Notes under the pieces: generated by a model | The model's database searches: none | What the model saw: the letters and a program-made list of their open reading frames with translations, nothing else | Told to the model about the DNA's origin: nothing | Shown: in pieces, positions 9,922-19,790 of the stretch | Layout: each line of letters starts with the position of its first letter | How positions within the stretch are numbered: position 1 is the first letter of the stretch | Made by a program: the position numbers and the translations under genes | NCBI GenBank assembly: GCA_963665615.2 | Contig: CAXXQE010000007.1 | Coordinates: 1-64,000 of the forward strand | Source of the DNA: Syntrophales bacterium | GTDB taxonomy: Bacteria > Desulfobacterota > Syntrophia > Syntrophales > UBA4778 | Direction of reading: 5' to 3' | Length of the DNA stretch: 64,000 bases

Positions 9922-12700
9922 TTGAAAGTGAACTCGAATACGACTTGGCCGTCAGCCATCAAAGCTGAAGCCGTCCCCAATTTCACGTCTGTCATTATCG
10001 TGACCAGTGATCGTCTGGATTATACGAGAAAATGCTTCAACAGCATTCTCCGGCATACGCCGGAAGCGCATGAAATTATTTTCGTCGATAACGGCTCCAA
10101 AGACGGGACCGTGAAATGGATCAAAAAGCAGATTGACGAGCATCCGGAATACCGGCTTATTGAAAACGGCGAAGATGTCGGTTTTGCAAAAGGGTGGAAC
10201 CAAGGGGTAGACGCTGCCAGGGGCGAGTATGTCCTGCTGCTGAGAAACGATGTGGTTGTGACCAGTGGTTGGCTTGCTGGCATGATGGAGCATCTGCATC
10301 GATCGCCTAACACAGGGATTATTGGACCGATGACTAACAATATCAACGGTCCGCAACAAGTTCCGGATGTCGATTACCGCTCCTCTGATGTCGGGATGGA
10401 TTCATATGCGTCCGCTTTTCGTAAAAGGAACCGGCATCGCAGGATTACCAGGCGTCGGCTTGCGGGGTTTTGTATGCTTTTCAGGAAATCCTTGACGGAG
10501 AAAGTCGGCGCGTTTGACGAGCGATTCAGCTCCGGTGATGCCGAGGATGACGATTTCTGTTTGCGTTCCGTTCTTGCCGGCTACGTCAATTATATCGCCG
10601 GAGACGTTTTTGTTCATTGTTATGGCAGGCCAGCACATGCTGCCACTGTCGGCGGCGATCGCCAGAGCTTTGTCTCCAAGTGGAACGGTATCCCGCTTAA
10701 TACGCCCCAGGGGGGCAATCTCTTCACACTGAAGGTCGTTGAGGATGCCCAGAATTATCTAGCGCAGGGAGACGCTCGCAAAGCTATGGAGATATTGCAT
10801 TACGGCATCAAAGTGATGCCGTCGTCACGGTATCTTCGGCTTGTTTTTGCGGAGACGCTGTTCAAGCTGGAACGATTTCAGGAGGCACTCGACTTTTTAC
10901 AGCAAACACAGACGGCTCAGTTCGACGGCATGGCATTACTTTTGATCGGGCATGCTCTTGAAGAGCTGGGACGGTTTACTGAGGCGGACGCTGTTGCGGA
11001 TAAGGCTTTGCTTGCCGATCCGGCATCAGCCTCGGCCATGAATCTCAAGGGAAAGGTTGCTCACAAACGCGGCGATGGCACTGGCGCGATCCAGTGTTAT
11101 CAGAAGGCCATTGCGAGCGATCCTGGTTTCGGCGAGCCATATGTCAACTATGGAATTCTGGAATGGGCAAACGGTCGTCAAACCGGGGCGCTGCCCTTGA
11201 TCGAGAGGGGATTTATCCTGTCACCCGGTGACAACAGATTTGCAACAGCCTATCATTCCGCGATTGCGGCGCAGAAAGACTGGGAACATGGTGAAAGAGT
11301 TTTTCGCGCGGCGCGCGCCATTTACCCACAGAATCAAAAGCTTGCCTATCTTCTGATTGACGTCCTGCTGCATAAAGGCGAAGAGGCGACAGCCATGGAG
11401 ATGATCAACGAGGCCATGCTGACGTTCGGAATGGACGGGCTGTTGAAGGTGGCCCTGGAGGTTCGAAAAAAGGTCGGTCCTCTCAATAGGACGCCCAACG
11501 GGAAGCATAACGGCATCTCGGTCTGCATGATCGTCAAGAATGAGGAGAAGAATCTTCCGAAGTCGCTGATGTGCTTCAGTCAGTTGGCTCAAGAGATCGT
11601 TGTTGTCGATACTGGTTCTACAGACCGCACCCGTGAGGTTGCGGCGTCCTTCGGCGCCAGGGTATTCGAACAGCCGTGGGAGAATGATTTTTCCAAAGCC
11701 CGTAACGACTCTCTTGATCAGGCTCATGCGGATTGGATCCTTGTCATGGATGCCGACGAGATCATCGCACCGCAGGATTTTTCTGAGATTAAAAAAATCG
11801 TGGCGAAAAAAAACAGTCGAAAAACTGCATGGTCGTTGGTTTCACGCAATTATCTTGTTTCGAGCAATGCATTCGGCTGGATTGCCAATGACGGCAGCTA
11901 TCCTCTGGAAGAATCCGGAAGTGGTTGGGTTTGCAGTTACAAGATCCGGCTTTTCCCCAATGACCGTCGTATCCGTTTTGAAAACCGCGTTCATGAACTG
12001 GTAGAACCATCGATCCGCAAGTTGAATATGTCTGCATCGGTATGTCCTGTTCCTGTTCATCATTATGGTGGTCTCGATCAGGCCCACACGGTTTTCAAGG
12101 GGGAGATCTACTATGAACTCGGAAAGAAAAAGCTGGAAGAACGGGGAGAAAATACGGACGCGCTTCGTGAACTGGCCATGCAGGCTCATCTCCTTAAGAG
12201 ATTTGATGAAGCCAAATATTACTGGGAGCGCTATCTTCTGATCGATCCGAAATTTATCAATGCTTATCTGGGACTGACCGCTGCTTTCCAGGAGATGCAC
12301 CGTTTCCCCGAGGCGCTGGAGGCCGCATCCAATGGAATGGCATTGCCCGAAGGACCACTGAACAGGGATCTTGTCTTCAACTATGCCCTCTGCCACCTGT
12401 ATCACGGGCATGCTGAACGGGCGATGTCGATTCTCCAGGAACTTGTAGAAAAGGAACCGGAGTTTCCTACAGCGAGTAATATATTGTCAATCGCGCAGAT
12501 TCTGCGCAAAGGGCGATGTCGCAGCGCTGGAGCCGCTGAGGCCACATTTTTATAGGGCTAGTGGCGACATAGATGAGTCGGTGCGGAAGTTCGTTGGTAA
12601 TCTCGAAGCGGCCGGCCAGGATCATTATGCAGCGGCCCTGATGAAAGAGGCTGAAAACTGGAAGGGGACGGTAAACAAACTGGGAGAAGATGCCGCATGA
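9922..12700 (+). CDS. GT2-TPR-GT2-TPR glycosyltransferase; frame stops at 12555 as given, probable +1 frameshift at 12511-12513
   Basis: Two GT2 domains (IFVDNGSKDG..., SVCMIVKNEE...VVDTGSTD...MDADE) plus TPRs; removing one G extends the frame to TGA 12698-12700, which overlaps the next ATG; start codon uncertain. Confidence 0.85.
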
Positions 12701-15081
12701 GACAGTGTTATTCTGAGAGTAACGTCCTGGATTTATATCAGCAGGCGCAGTCATGTCATCAGGCCGGGGATATTACTCAGGAAAAAATTATTTATCGACA
12801 ATTACTCGAACTCCAGCCAGAGAACCCCGATGTACTTTGTTTACTCGGGATTGCCGAATGTCAAACGGGCAATATCGAAGCTGGCCTTTGCTCCATAGAG
12901 AAGTCACTGGAGATATTTCCCAATCAACCCGAGGCGCATTATATTCGGGGTAATGCTCAACAAATGTTCGGCAATCTGGAAGCAGCCGTTGAGAGCTATG
13001 ATCGGGCTGTTGCGCTTAAGTCGGACTATGTTGAAGCCCATTCGAATCGAGGCGTCGCGCTTCAGGGACTCAGGCGCTTCGAAGAGGCAGTCGGAAGTTA
13101 TGAGCGGGCGATTGCAATCAATCCAGGATATCCGTTTATTCATTCCAACCGCGGCGTGGCGCTTCAGGAGCTTGGACAATTCAATGCGGCCCTCGAGAGT
13201 TACAATAAAGCCCTGGCCATTAAACCGGATTATGCGGAGGCCTATTCCAATCGGGGCAATGTGCTTCGTGAACTTGGCGCGTTTGACGCTGCAATTGAGA
13301 GTTTTGATCGCGCGATAGCAATTGAGCCGACTTGCGCCGAGGCACATTACAACCGGGGTCTCTCACTGGCGAATTCAGATCGATTGGAAGAGGCATTGTC
13401 GAGCTATGAGCGGGCCATCGCGATAATGCCGGATTATGCGGAGGTCTATTCGAATCGGGGTAATGTCCTCCGTCAACTCGGAAAGCTCGGTGCAGCCCTC
13501 GAGAGTTACAATCGAGCCCTTGCGATTAAACCGGATTATGCGGAGGCTTATTCCAATCGGGGCGTGGCGCTTCAGGAGACAATGAGATTCGAAGAGGCCC
13601 TCGGCAGTTATGACCGGGCGATTGAAATCAGGCCGGATTATGCCGAAGCTTACTACAATCGAGGCCAAACGCTCCAGGCGTTAAAAAAGCCGGATGAAGC
13701 GCTGGCAAGTTTCAATCGGGCCATGGCCTTGAAACCCGATATACATTTTTTGTATGGGGATCTTCTACATACTAAAATGCGTTTATGTCTCTGGGATGAC
13801 ATGAACGTATTCAGAAATGACATCATGGAAAAGGTAATGAACCATGAAAACGTATCGCATGCATTTATTATGCATACTTTATCTGACTCACCGGCCGTTC
13901 TGAAAAAATGCGCTCAATCTTATTCAGAAACGGCTTGTCCGCATCAGGCAATGGTTAATTTGAAATACAGGCGCCACGACAAAATAAGAGTTGGATATTT
14001 TTCATCGGATTTCGGTGATCATCCTGTGACGCATCATCTGGCCGGTATGTTTGAGGAACACGACAGATCGAAATGCGATGTAATCGGCTTTTCATTTATT
14101 CACCGAACAGGTCAATGGACGGATCGTGTCGCCAGGGCGTTTGATCAATTTGTCGAAGTTCAGAATATGAGCGACAAAGAGGTTGCTATGTTGGCGAGGT
14201 CTATGGAGATAGATATTGCTGTAGACCTCAACGGATATACGCAAGGCGGCAGACCTTGTATTTTTGCGCAACGGGCCGCTCCCATACAAATCAGTTACAT
14301 TGGCTTTCTCGGAACGATGGGAGCATCTTTTATGGATTATCTTATAGCGGATAAAACGATTATTCCGGAAGAAAATAAAAAATATTATACAGAAAAAATT
14401 ATTTATTTACCCAGTTATCAATGTAATGACAAATTTTCATTTTCAAACAAGGAATTTTCCCGTCACGAGATGGGCTTGCCGGAAGACGGCTTCGTTTTTT
14501 GCTCATTTAATGATAACTACAAGATCATGCCTGACGTTTTTGATTCCTGGATACGGATATTAAAACGAGTTCCTGAAGGTGTTCTCTGGTTGTTTGCTTC
14601 TAATGAGACTGCGGTCCGCAATTTCAGAAAAGAATCAGAAAAGCGTGGTTTGGACAGTGATCGCCTTGTTTTTGCAAAGCGCATGACTTTGGAAGATCAT
14701 CTTGCCAGGCAGCGATTAGCTGATTTATTTCTTGATACTTTTCCTTATAATGCCGGTGCAACGGCGAGCAATGCTTTAAGGGTTGGGTTGCCGGTTCTTA
14801 CCAGAGCTGGTAGATCGTTCGCCAGCAGGATTGCATCGAGTCTTCTCCAATCCCTTGGCCTACCCGAACTTATTACGACCACGCCTGAAGAATACGAAAG
14901 CCTGGCAATTCAACTGGCTTCAAATCAACAACGATATAGGGCGCTCAAACAGAAGCTGGTCGAAAATCTGAAAGCCAGCCTTCTTTTTAATGCACAACAG
15001 TTTGCACGAAGTCTTGAGGCAGCCTTTATTGCGGTGTATGATGAGCATCAGAAAGGTTTAGACGCCGAAGCCCAGCCATAA
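12697..15081 (+). CDS. TPR-containing O-GlcNAc transferase-like protein (GT41, SPINDLY/OGT family)
   Basis: About ten 34-aa TPRs (YAEAYSNRG..L), then IRVGYFSSDFGDHPV, IDIAVDLNGYT, RAAPIQISYIGF, FCSFN..YK, DLFLDTFPYNAGATA. Confidence 0.92.
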   Translation: MRQCYSESNVLDLYQQAQSCHQAGDITQEKIIYRQLLELQPENPDVLCLLGIAECQTGNIEAGLCSIEKSLEIFPNQPEAHYIRGNAQQMFGNLEAAVESYDRAVALKSDYVEAHSNRGVALQGLRRFEEAVGSYERAIAINPGYPFIHSNRGVALQELGQFNAALESYNKALAIKPDYAEAYSNRGNVLRELGAFDAAIESFDRAIAIEPTCAEAHYNRGLSLANSDRLEEALSSYERAIAIMPDYAEVYSNRGNVLRQLGKLGAALESYNRALAIKPDYAEAYSNRGVALQETMRFEEALGSYDRAIEIRPDYAEAYYNRGQTLQALKKPDEALASFNRAMALKPDIHFLYGDLLHTKMRLCLWDDMNVFRNDIMEKVMNHENVSHAFIMHTLSDSPAVLKKCAQSYSETACPHQAMVNLKYRRHDKIRVGYFSSDFGDHPVTHHLAGMFEEHDRSKCDVIGFSFIHRTGQWTDRVARAFDQFVEVQNMSDKEVAMLARSMEIDIAVDLNGYTQGGRPCIFAQRAAPIQISYIGFLGTMGASFMDYLIADKTIIPEENKKYYTEKIIYLPSYQCNDKFSFSNKEFSRHEMGLPEDGFVFCSFNDNYKIMPDVFDSWIRILKRVPEGVLWLFASNETAVRNFRKESEKRGLDSDRLVFAKRMTLEDHLARQRLADLFLDTFPYNAGATASNALRVGLPVLTRAGRSFASRIASSLLQSLGLPELITTTPEEYESLAIQLASNQQRYRALKQKLVENLKASLLFNAQQFARSLEAAFIAVYDEHQKGLDAEAQP

Positions 15082-15200
15082 TAGAAGGGGCCTTGATCAG
15101 TAGGAAGAGGGGGAGCCGAAGATTTGCCAATCTTTAATTTAATAATACACCCGGATTTGGGGCGGCCCAAAATGGCAATTCGCTTCAAAAGGTATCGGAC

Positions 15201-15596
15201 TTACGTTTTTTGTATTTTTGAGAGAATGATTTGTTCGTGTTCGATGAGTTTTCTGGCGGTCTTTAGGGCCTCGTAATATTTGTCACCAAGGATCTGCATG
15301 CTCATGCCATTGATCAGATTCAAGGCGCTTGGCGCGGCCTTCAGATAATCCCCGACCAGTTTCCAGTAGATCTTGTGATGCTCTGCCATTCCGTCCGGAT
15401 CGATGTACATCACCTGCACAATGAAATAGATCCGCCTGGCCGGGGAATTGGCGTCAGCCTGTTTCATGATATTCCGCTCCCTGAGAATAGGGACCTTGTT
15501 GCCAATGATCAGGGTTGCAGCGGTGCCGCCATTGGTGATAGCGGCACCGGCAACGATCAGTTTTTCATTGGGTTTGAGCTTAACTTTTAGAGCCAT
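15201..15596 (-). CDS. flbT: Flagellin mRNA regulator FlbT
   Basis: MALKVKLKPNEKLIVAGAAITNG...ILRERNIM...SPARRIYF..Q.MY...YYEALK..RKLIEHE. Confidence 0.92.
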   Translation of the reverse strand: MALKVKLKPNEKLIVAGAAITNGGTAATLIIGNKVPILRERNIMKQADANSPARRIYFIVQVMYIDPDGMAEHHKIYWKLVGDYLKAAPSALNLINGMSMQILGDKYYEALKTARKLIEHEQIILSKIQKT

Positions 15597-15635
15597 AGCC
15601 CTTTCTCTCTGATAAGTCGACTCGTCTGCGTCAAT

Positions 15636-15669
15636 AAGGATTCGGGAGGATCTCTCCCCCCGAATCCTT
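15636..15669 (-). terminator. Stem-loop between flagellin and flbT
   Basis: AAGGATTCGGGAGGA-tctc-TCCCCCCGAATCCTT. Confidence 0.6.
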
Positions 15670-15690
15670 CACCCCAAATATAGCCCGGGC

Positions 15691-16530
15691 TTATTGGAAA
15701 AGCTGTAATATGGACTTATGAGCCGTGTTCGAAATACTCATCGAATTAATGGCAAAAGACTGCTGGGTTTGCAAAGAAGTCAGTTCAGCGCTTTCCGTGT
15801 TGGTATCCGCTGTGACAAGATTCGAAGCACCTTCATTCAGCGTTGTCATCATATTTTTCGTATATGTCTGTCGTGTCGTAATGGTGTTTACCTGGGAAGA
15901 AAGGGTCTTGTTATCGGTTCTGATTGTGCTCTTTGCCTTATCCAGCGCCGTAATGGCTGCGTTGATAGCAGTCGTTCCAGTGGTGCCGAGCGCCCAGGCG
16001 CCCGTTGCCTGCGTCGTTAACCCAAGACCCGTCGAGGCAGAGGCATCAACACCGGTGAGGGTAAGCTGCGATGAACCCGTAGCGTCGAAGTTGACAACGA
16101 GTGTTTGCGAGCTTCCGCCGAGCAGGTTAACGGACTGGTAACCTGAGTCATTCGCCATATCGTCAATCTGGCTCAGAATCGCATTGTATTGATCCATGTA
16201 ACTCGCACGGGTATCCGCATCATCGGAAGCCAGGGCCGACTGCGCCAGGGACTTTGCCGACGAAATCAGGTCGGTTATCGAGGTGAGTCCGTTGGTAGCG
16301 GCATTGATTGTCTCGATGGCTTCACCCATGGCATCCTTCAGGGTCTGGAGGTCAGAGGACTGCTGGGTGTTATTTTGCGCCAGAAAGTAGGCGTTCGGAT
16401 CGTCAACAGCGCTGTTGACTTTTTTCCCGGTCGAGAGGATCTGTGTTTTCTCGTCCATTGTGGACACAGTGTTGTTCAAGTACTGCAGGTTTTTATACAT
16501 CGAGGAATAAAGGGTTACGGATGTAGACAT
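15691..16530 (-). CDS. fliC: Short flagellin (279 aa), alphaproteobacterial type
   Basis: LSTGKKVNSAVDDP, QIDDMANDSGYQSVNLL, LVTADTNTESA.L..LQTQQ, ILQLF; AGGAG RBS. Confidence 0.9.
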   Translation of the reverse strand: MSTSVTLYSSMYKNLQYLNNTVSTMDEKTQILSTGKKVNSAVDDPNAYFLAQNNTQQSSDLQTLKDAMGEAIETINAATNGLTSITDLISSAKSLAQSALASDDADTRASYMDQYNAILSQIDDMANDSGYQSVNLLGGSSQTLVVNFDATGSSQLTLTGVDASASTGLGLTTQATGAWALGTTGTTAINAAITALDKAKSTIRTDNKTLSSQVNTITTRQTYTKNMMTTLNEGASNLVTADTNTESAELTSLQTQQSFAINSMSISNTAHKSILQLFQ

Positions 16531-16639
16531 GGTTATTCTCCTATTCTAGGTTTTTGTTCCGGCTTTCTGCCGGATGCGTTTGGTTGAATGATTTTTCAAG
16601 TACATGCAGTGCATTGTCCGGACGCCTGCTACGATTCTA

Positions 16640-16666
16640 TTATCGGAGTAACGACTTTGAGTCTGA
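16640..16666 (-). promoter_or_regulatory. Candidate sigma28 (FliA) promoter of flagellin
   Basis: Minus strand TCAG-N15-TCCGATAA versus consensus TAAA-N15-GCCGATAA. Confidence 0.5.
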
Positions 16667-16895
16667 ATCAGATTAACATTATTTAACATAACGGTGAGAG
16701 ATCGAGCGCTCTTGTTGCACAAGGCAAATAGGATTGCTCCGATCATGGATTGTAAAGAGTAATATTGGGGGGTGAAGAAAAGAACCGTGGAATGCTTCTG
16801 ATAGTTGCAGATATCTCGCTGCAGGTTTATGAAGCTGCTTATCGCAACTGCCCATACGGAGAAAGATCTTCAGTGTCACGAATCCGGAAGAGAAA

Positions 16896-17120
16896 TTAGA
16901 CTGATCTGTCGTCGAGTTGCCTTCGATTCACACGTCTGTCATCAAGGACAAGGCTGGCGTGTTTCAGGAGTTGACACTTCCAATTTTTGATTTGATTCGG
17001 ATGGACATTATATTTGTTAGCGATGCTCGTCAGATTTGACTTGTCATCGATATATTCGATAACGATAGCTGCTTTAAAGCTTCCGTCGTATGTTTTTCGC
17101 TTCTCCATGCGAGCCGTCAT
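16896..17120 (-). CDS. Solo IS3 OrfA-like HTH protein or transposase remnant
   Basis: RKTYDGSFKAAIVIE...IANKYNVHPNQIKNWK..LL; no DDE ORF follows. Confidence 0.65.
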   Translation of the reverse strand: MTARMEKRKTYDGSFKAAIVIEYIDDKSNLTSIANKYNVHPNQIKNWKCQLLKHASLVLDDRRVNRRQLDDRSV

Positions 17121-17318
17121 ATTCCATGAAGGGACAGATATTTTGGCTGAAGATTTTTCCGATACAGGCTTCGTTTATCTCGTATCATATTGGAGAAGAC
17201 TAGCGGATCTGAATGCGAATGGAAAATAAAGTATGGTAAAGAAAAGTTGCAGACAGTTAAGATTGTAAAGTTGTTTCAAGGCGGGAGGGCTTCATACCCT
17301 GAAAGGATGTCGGCCAAT

Positions 17319-17357
17319 AAAAAATCAGGCCCGACTTACAACAAGTCAGGCCTGATT
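17319..17357 (-). terminator. Terminator of the PEP-CTERM gene
   Basis: AATCAGGCCCGACTT-loop-AAGTCAGGCCTGATT with T-tract on the minus strand. Confidence 0.75.
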
Positions 17358-17391
17358 CGGGAATACCTGGAGAAATTCTAACGAATGCCTC

Positions 17392-18186
17392 CTAGTGTTT
17401 TCTCTTCAGCACGCCGAGTCCTGCCAGACCGAGGCCCAGAAGCAGCATCGTGGCGGGTTCAGGAACGTTGTTGGGTGGAACATACTGGCCAGCCCAGAAT
17501 TCATTCTCCCGGAAGATGTAACGAGTATTAGAGGGATCGTTTGCGCCCCATTCCATCGTCATCATGCTGGCGCGAACCTCACCCGCGCCCCAGGCGTAAT
17601 CAATGTAGCAGGGCGTAGAAGGATCATTGACAGCGACAACAACTTTAGTGCCCGCAACCAGATTTGTGAAGTAGCCGTGTGTGGAGTAGTTCCAGGCCTG
17701 CAGCGAAGCTTCGGTAACCGTGCCGTACAGTCCTTTGACCGGCGCAGCATTTGGATCGATAACCTTAACTTGATTGGAATAATCCTGAACATGGCCTACG
17801 CCGCCCGGCAGGAAGGATCCGTTTTCCCAAACACCATTGCCATACCAGCCCCAGTTGGCGGAGTGGGCGATGAGGATACCGCCGTTTTTCACGTAGGTGT
17901 CCACCAGGCTGAGGTTCGCCTTGACATTGTCATAGAATGACTGGTTCTGGACCGATGTGAAAACCATGAACTGATACTGGCTCAGATCGGTTGTTGCCAA
18001 CTTGTCGGATGTGATCTGATCGTAGGCGATTCCGATGGCATTCAACGTTGTCGGGTTGGAATCAAGATTCCACGCGATCATGTCCTGAACCAGCAACGCT
18101 TTTGCATGAACTGTCGCAACCGGACTGCAGAAAACGGTCAGGGCAACCAGCGCGCATGCAAGGAAAGCAAATTTTAACCCTTTCAT
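17392..18186 (-). CDS. PEP-CTERM sorting domain surface protein
   Basis: Signal peptide; C-terminal VPEPATMLLLGLGLAGLGVLKRKH; AGGAGG RBS. Confidence 0.93.
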   Translation of the reverse strand: MKGLKFAFLACALVALTVFCSPVATVHAKALLVQDMIAWNLDSNPTTLNAIGIAYDQITSDKLATTDLSQYQFMVFTSVQNQSFYDNVKANLSLVDTYVKNGGILIAHSANWGWYGNGVWENGSFLPGGVGHVQDYSNQVKVIDPNAAPVKGLYGTVTEASLQAWNYSTHGYFTNLVAGTKVVVAVNDPSTPCYIDYAWGAGEVRASMMTMEWGANDPSNTRYIFRENEFWAGQYVPPNNVPEPATMLLLGLGLAGLGVLKRKH

Positions 18187-18238
18187 ATCTTCCTCCTTTT
18201 TTTAATAATCCATATTAATTTCTTTGCATTTATTAATT

Positions 18239-18579
18239 ATCAAGAAGTGTGCCACGGAAGAATAAAGGGACAGATTGCATTGTAACTATATGTAATAAAA
18301 AGGAATAATATGACAGCAGCATTCTGGATTGGCGTGAAATAATTTTAAGAAATGTAAAGGTAATCGACAGTGATTTATCTGTCGATTACCTTAAAGCGGC
18401 TTTATTCGGGTTCATTTTCAAGTGGTTGACTGGCTCTCTTCCTGATTTCTTATCGTCATTGTTAGACAACGTATTGATATTATATAATATAAATAATGAA
18501 ATTGGCTGACACTTCCGTTACCGGCTTAGGTGCGATAATAGAAAAATAAGGAAAAAAAGATATGTAAAAGCAGCCGACA
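18239..18579 (-). promoter_or_regulatory. sigma54 promoter plus upstream enhancer boxes (PEP-CTERM/PrsR-type)
   Basis: TGGCACACTTCTTGAT (minus, 18239-18254); TGTAAA-N5-YCGACA at 18353-18369 and 18563-18579; inverted partial copy at 18380-18396. Confidence 0.7.
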
Positions 18580-18830
18580 GTGTTTCGTAATTGGATGGTC
18601 GGATTCCATCCTTGGATATGTTGAATAAATCATTCGCTCAGCACTATGAGTAGAACTGAACGCAGTGCGCTTGGGGACGCGTGTGCCGGCCCCCTTACCC
18701 AGATCCAGAGGAACTTCTATGGTCGAGTCCGAACTGAACTAATGGGCATGACATATAAAAGAGGGAGAGGTTTCTTGTGTGGCGTTCTTAACCGGTTTAG
18801 ATTTGGATACAGGTGGGGGGCTTATCGGAT

Positions 18831-18859
18831 AGAGCCCTCCTCATAAGCAGGAGGGCTCT
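18831..18859 (-). terminator. Stem-loop after the FKBP gene
   Basis: AGAGCCCTCCT-loop-AGGAGGGCTCT. Confidence 0.6.
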
Positions 18860-18872
18860 AAGGAAACAGTCT

Positions 18873-19562
18873 CTATTTCTTGGTGATATCAAGAAGTTCT
18901 ATCTCGAAAACCAGAGTGGCGCCGCCTGGGATGACCGGTGGACGCCCCATATCGCCGTAGGCAATGTTGGAGGGACAAACGAGTTTGCTCTTGCCACCGA
19001 CCTTCATTTGGCCAACCCCTTCAGTCCAGCAGGGAATGACGTTGTTCAGAGGGAATTCTGCCGGCTCACCGCGTTTCACGGAGCTATCGAAGACTTTACC
19101 ATCGATAAAAGTGCCGGTGTAGTGCACCTTGACCGTGTCTGTTGATTTGGGCTGCGCTCCTTTTCCTTCCTTTATAGCGGTCATGATAAGACCTGAGGGG
19201 AACTTCTTTGCCCCCTTTTCCTTGGCCGCTTTCTCGAGATAGGCAGCGGACTTTTGCTTTTGTACTTCAGCAGCGGCCTTCATGCGGGTTTGGGCCAGTT
19301 GGTTGATCTTATCCTGATAACTGTCCGGCTCCACAGTCAATTTCCTGTTTAGCGCGCTGTCGGTAAAACCCTGCTGAACGTACTTCAGCTCTTCTGCAGA
19401 AAGGTTGAACAGGGAAATATTGCCGGCCGTCGCCATATAGGCCCCAAGGGCATAGAGGGTCTTTTGCTCTTCAGGTTTCAAGGGCTGGGCCGAGAAGACG
19501 GTCGTAGCGATGGTCAGGATGAGTAAGGCAGTTAACAAAGCTGATACGATGGATTGACGCAT
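18873..19562 (-). CDS. Periplasmic FKBP-type peptidyl-prolyl isomerase (FkpA/Mip-like)
   Basis: Signal peptide, VKVHYTG..DGKVFDSS, VIPCWTEG, PSNIAYG, IPGGATLVFEIELL. Confidence 0.95.
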   Translation of the reverse strand: MRQSIVSALLTALLILTIATTVFSAQPLKPEEQKTLYALGAYMATAGNISLFNLSAEELKYVQQGFTDSALNRKLTVEPDSYQDKINQLAQTRMKAAAEVQKQKSAAYLEKAAKEKGAKKFPSGLIMTAIKEGKGAQPKSTDTVKVHYTGTFIDGKVFDSSVKRGEPAEFPLNNVIPCWTEGVGQMKVGGKSKLVCPSNIAYGDMGRPPVIPGGATLVFEIELLDITKK

Positions 19563-19790
19563 GATATTCCTCCAGGGAGATGATTGCAAAGAGCGAATTT
19601 ATATAGTGTTAAAGAGTGGGAAGTCAACCAAAACTTCGGAAAAGTCAGGGTGGCAATCAGAGAAACGGGCGCGAGGATAGACAAAAAACACTAAAACTGT
19701 TATTATAAATAAATTCGTCATAATGCCAAAACATCAAAAAGAAAGAACGGACGTTACTTTTAACGTACATTTAACCGCAGGAGAATTATC

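Noticed and set aside
16673..16686. CtrA box upstream of flagellin
   Set aside because: TTAA-N6-TTAA spacing rather than N7, in an AT-rich tract
16896..17120. Intact IS3 element
   Set aside because: No DDE transposase ORF and no terminal inverted repeats found
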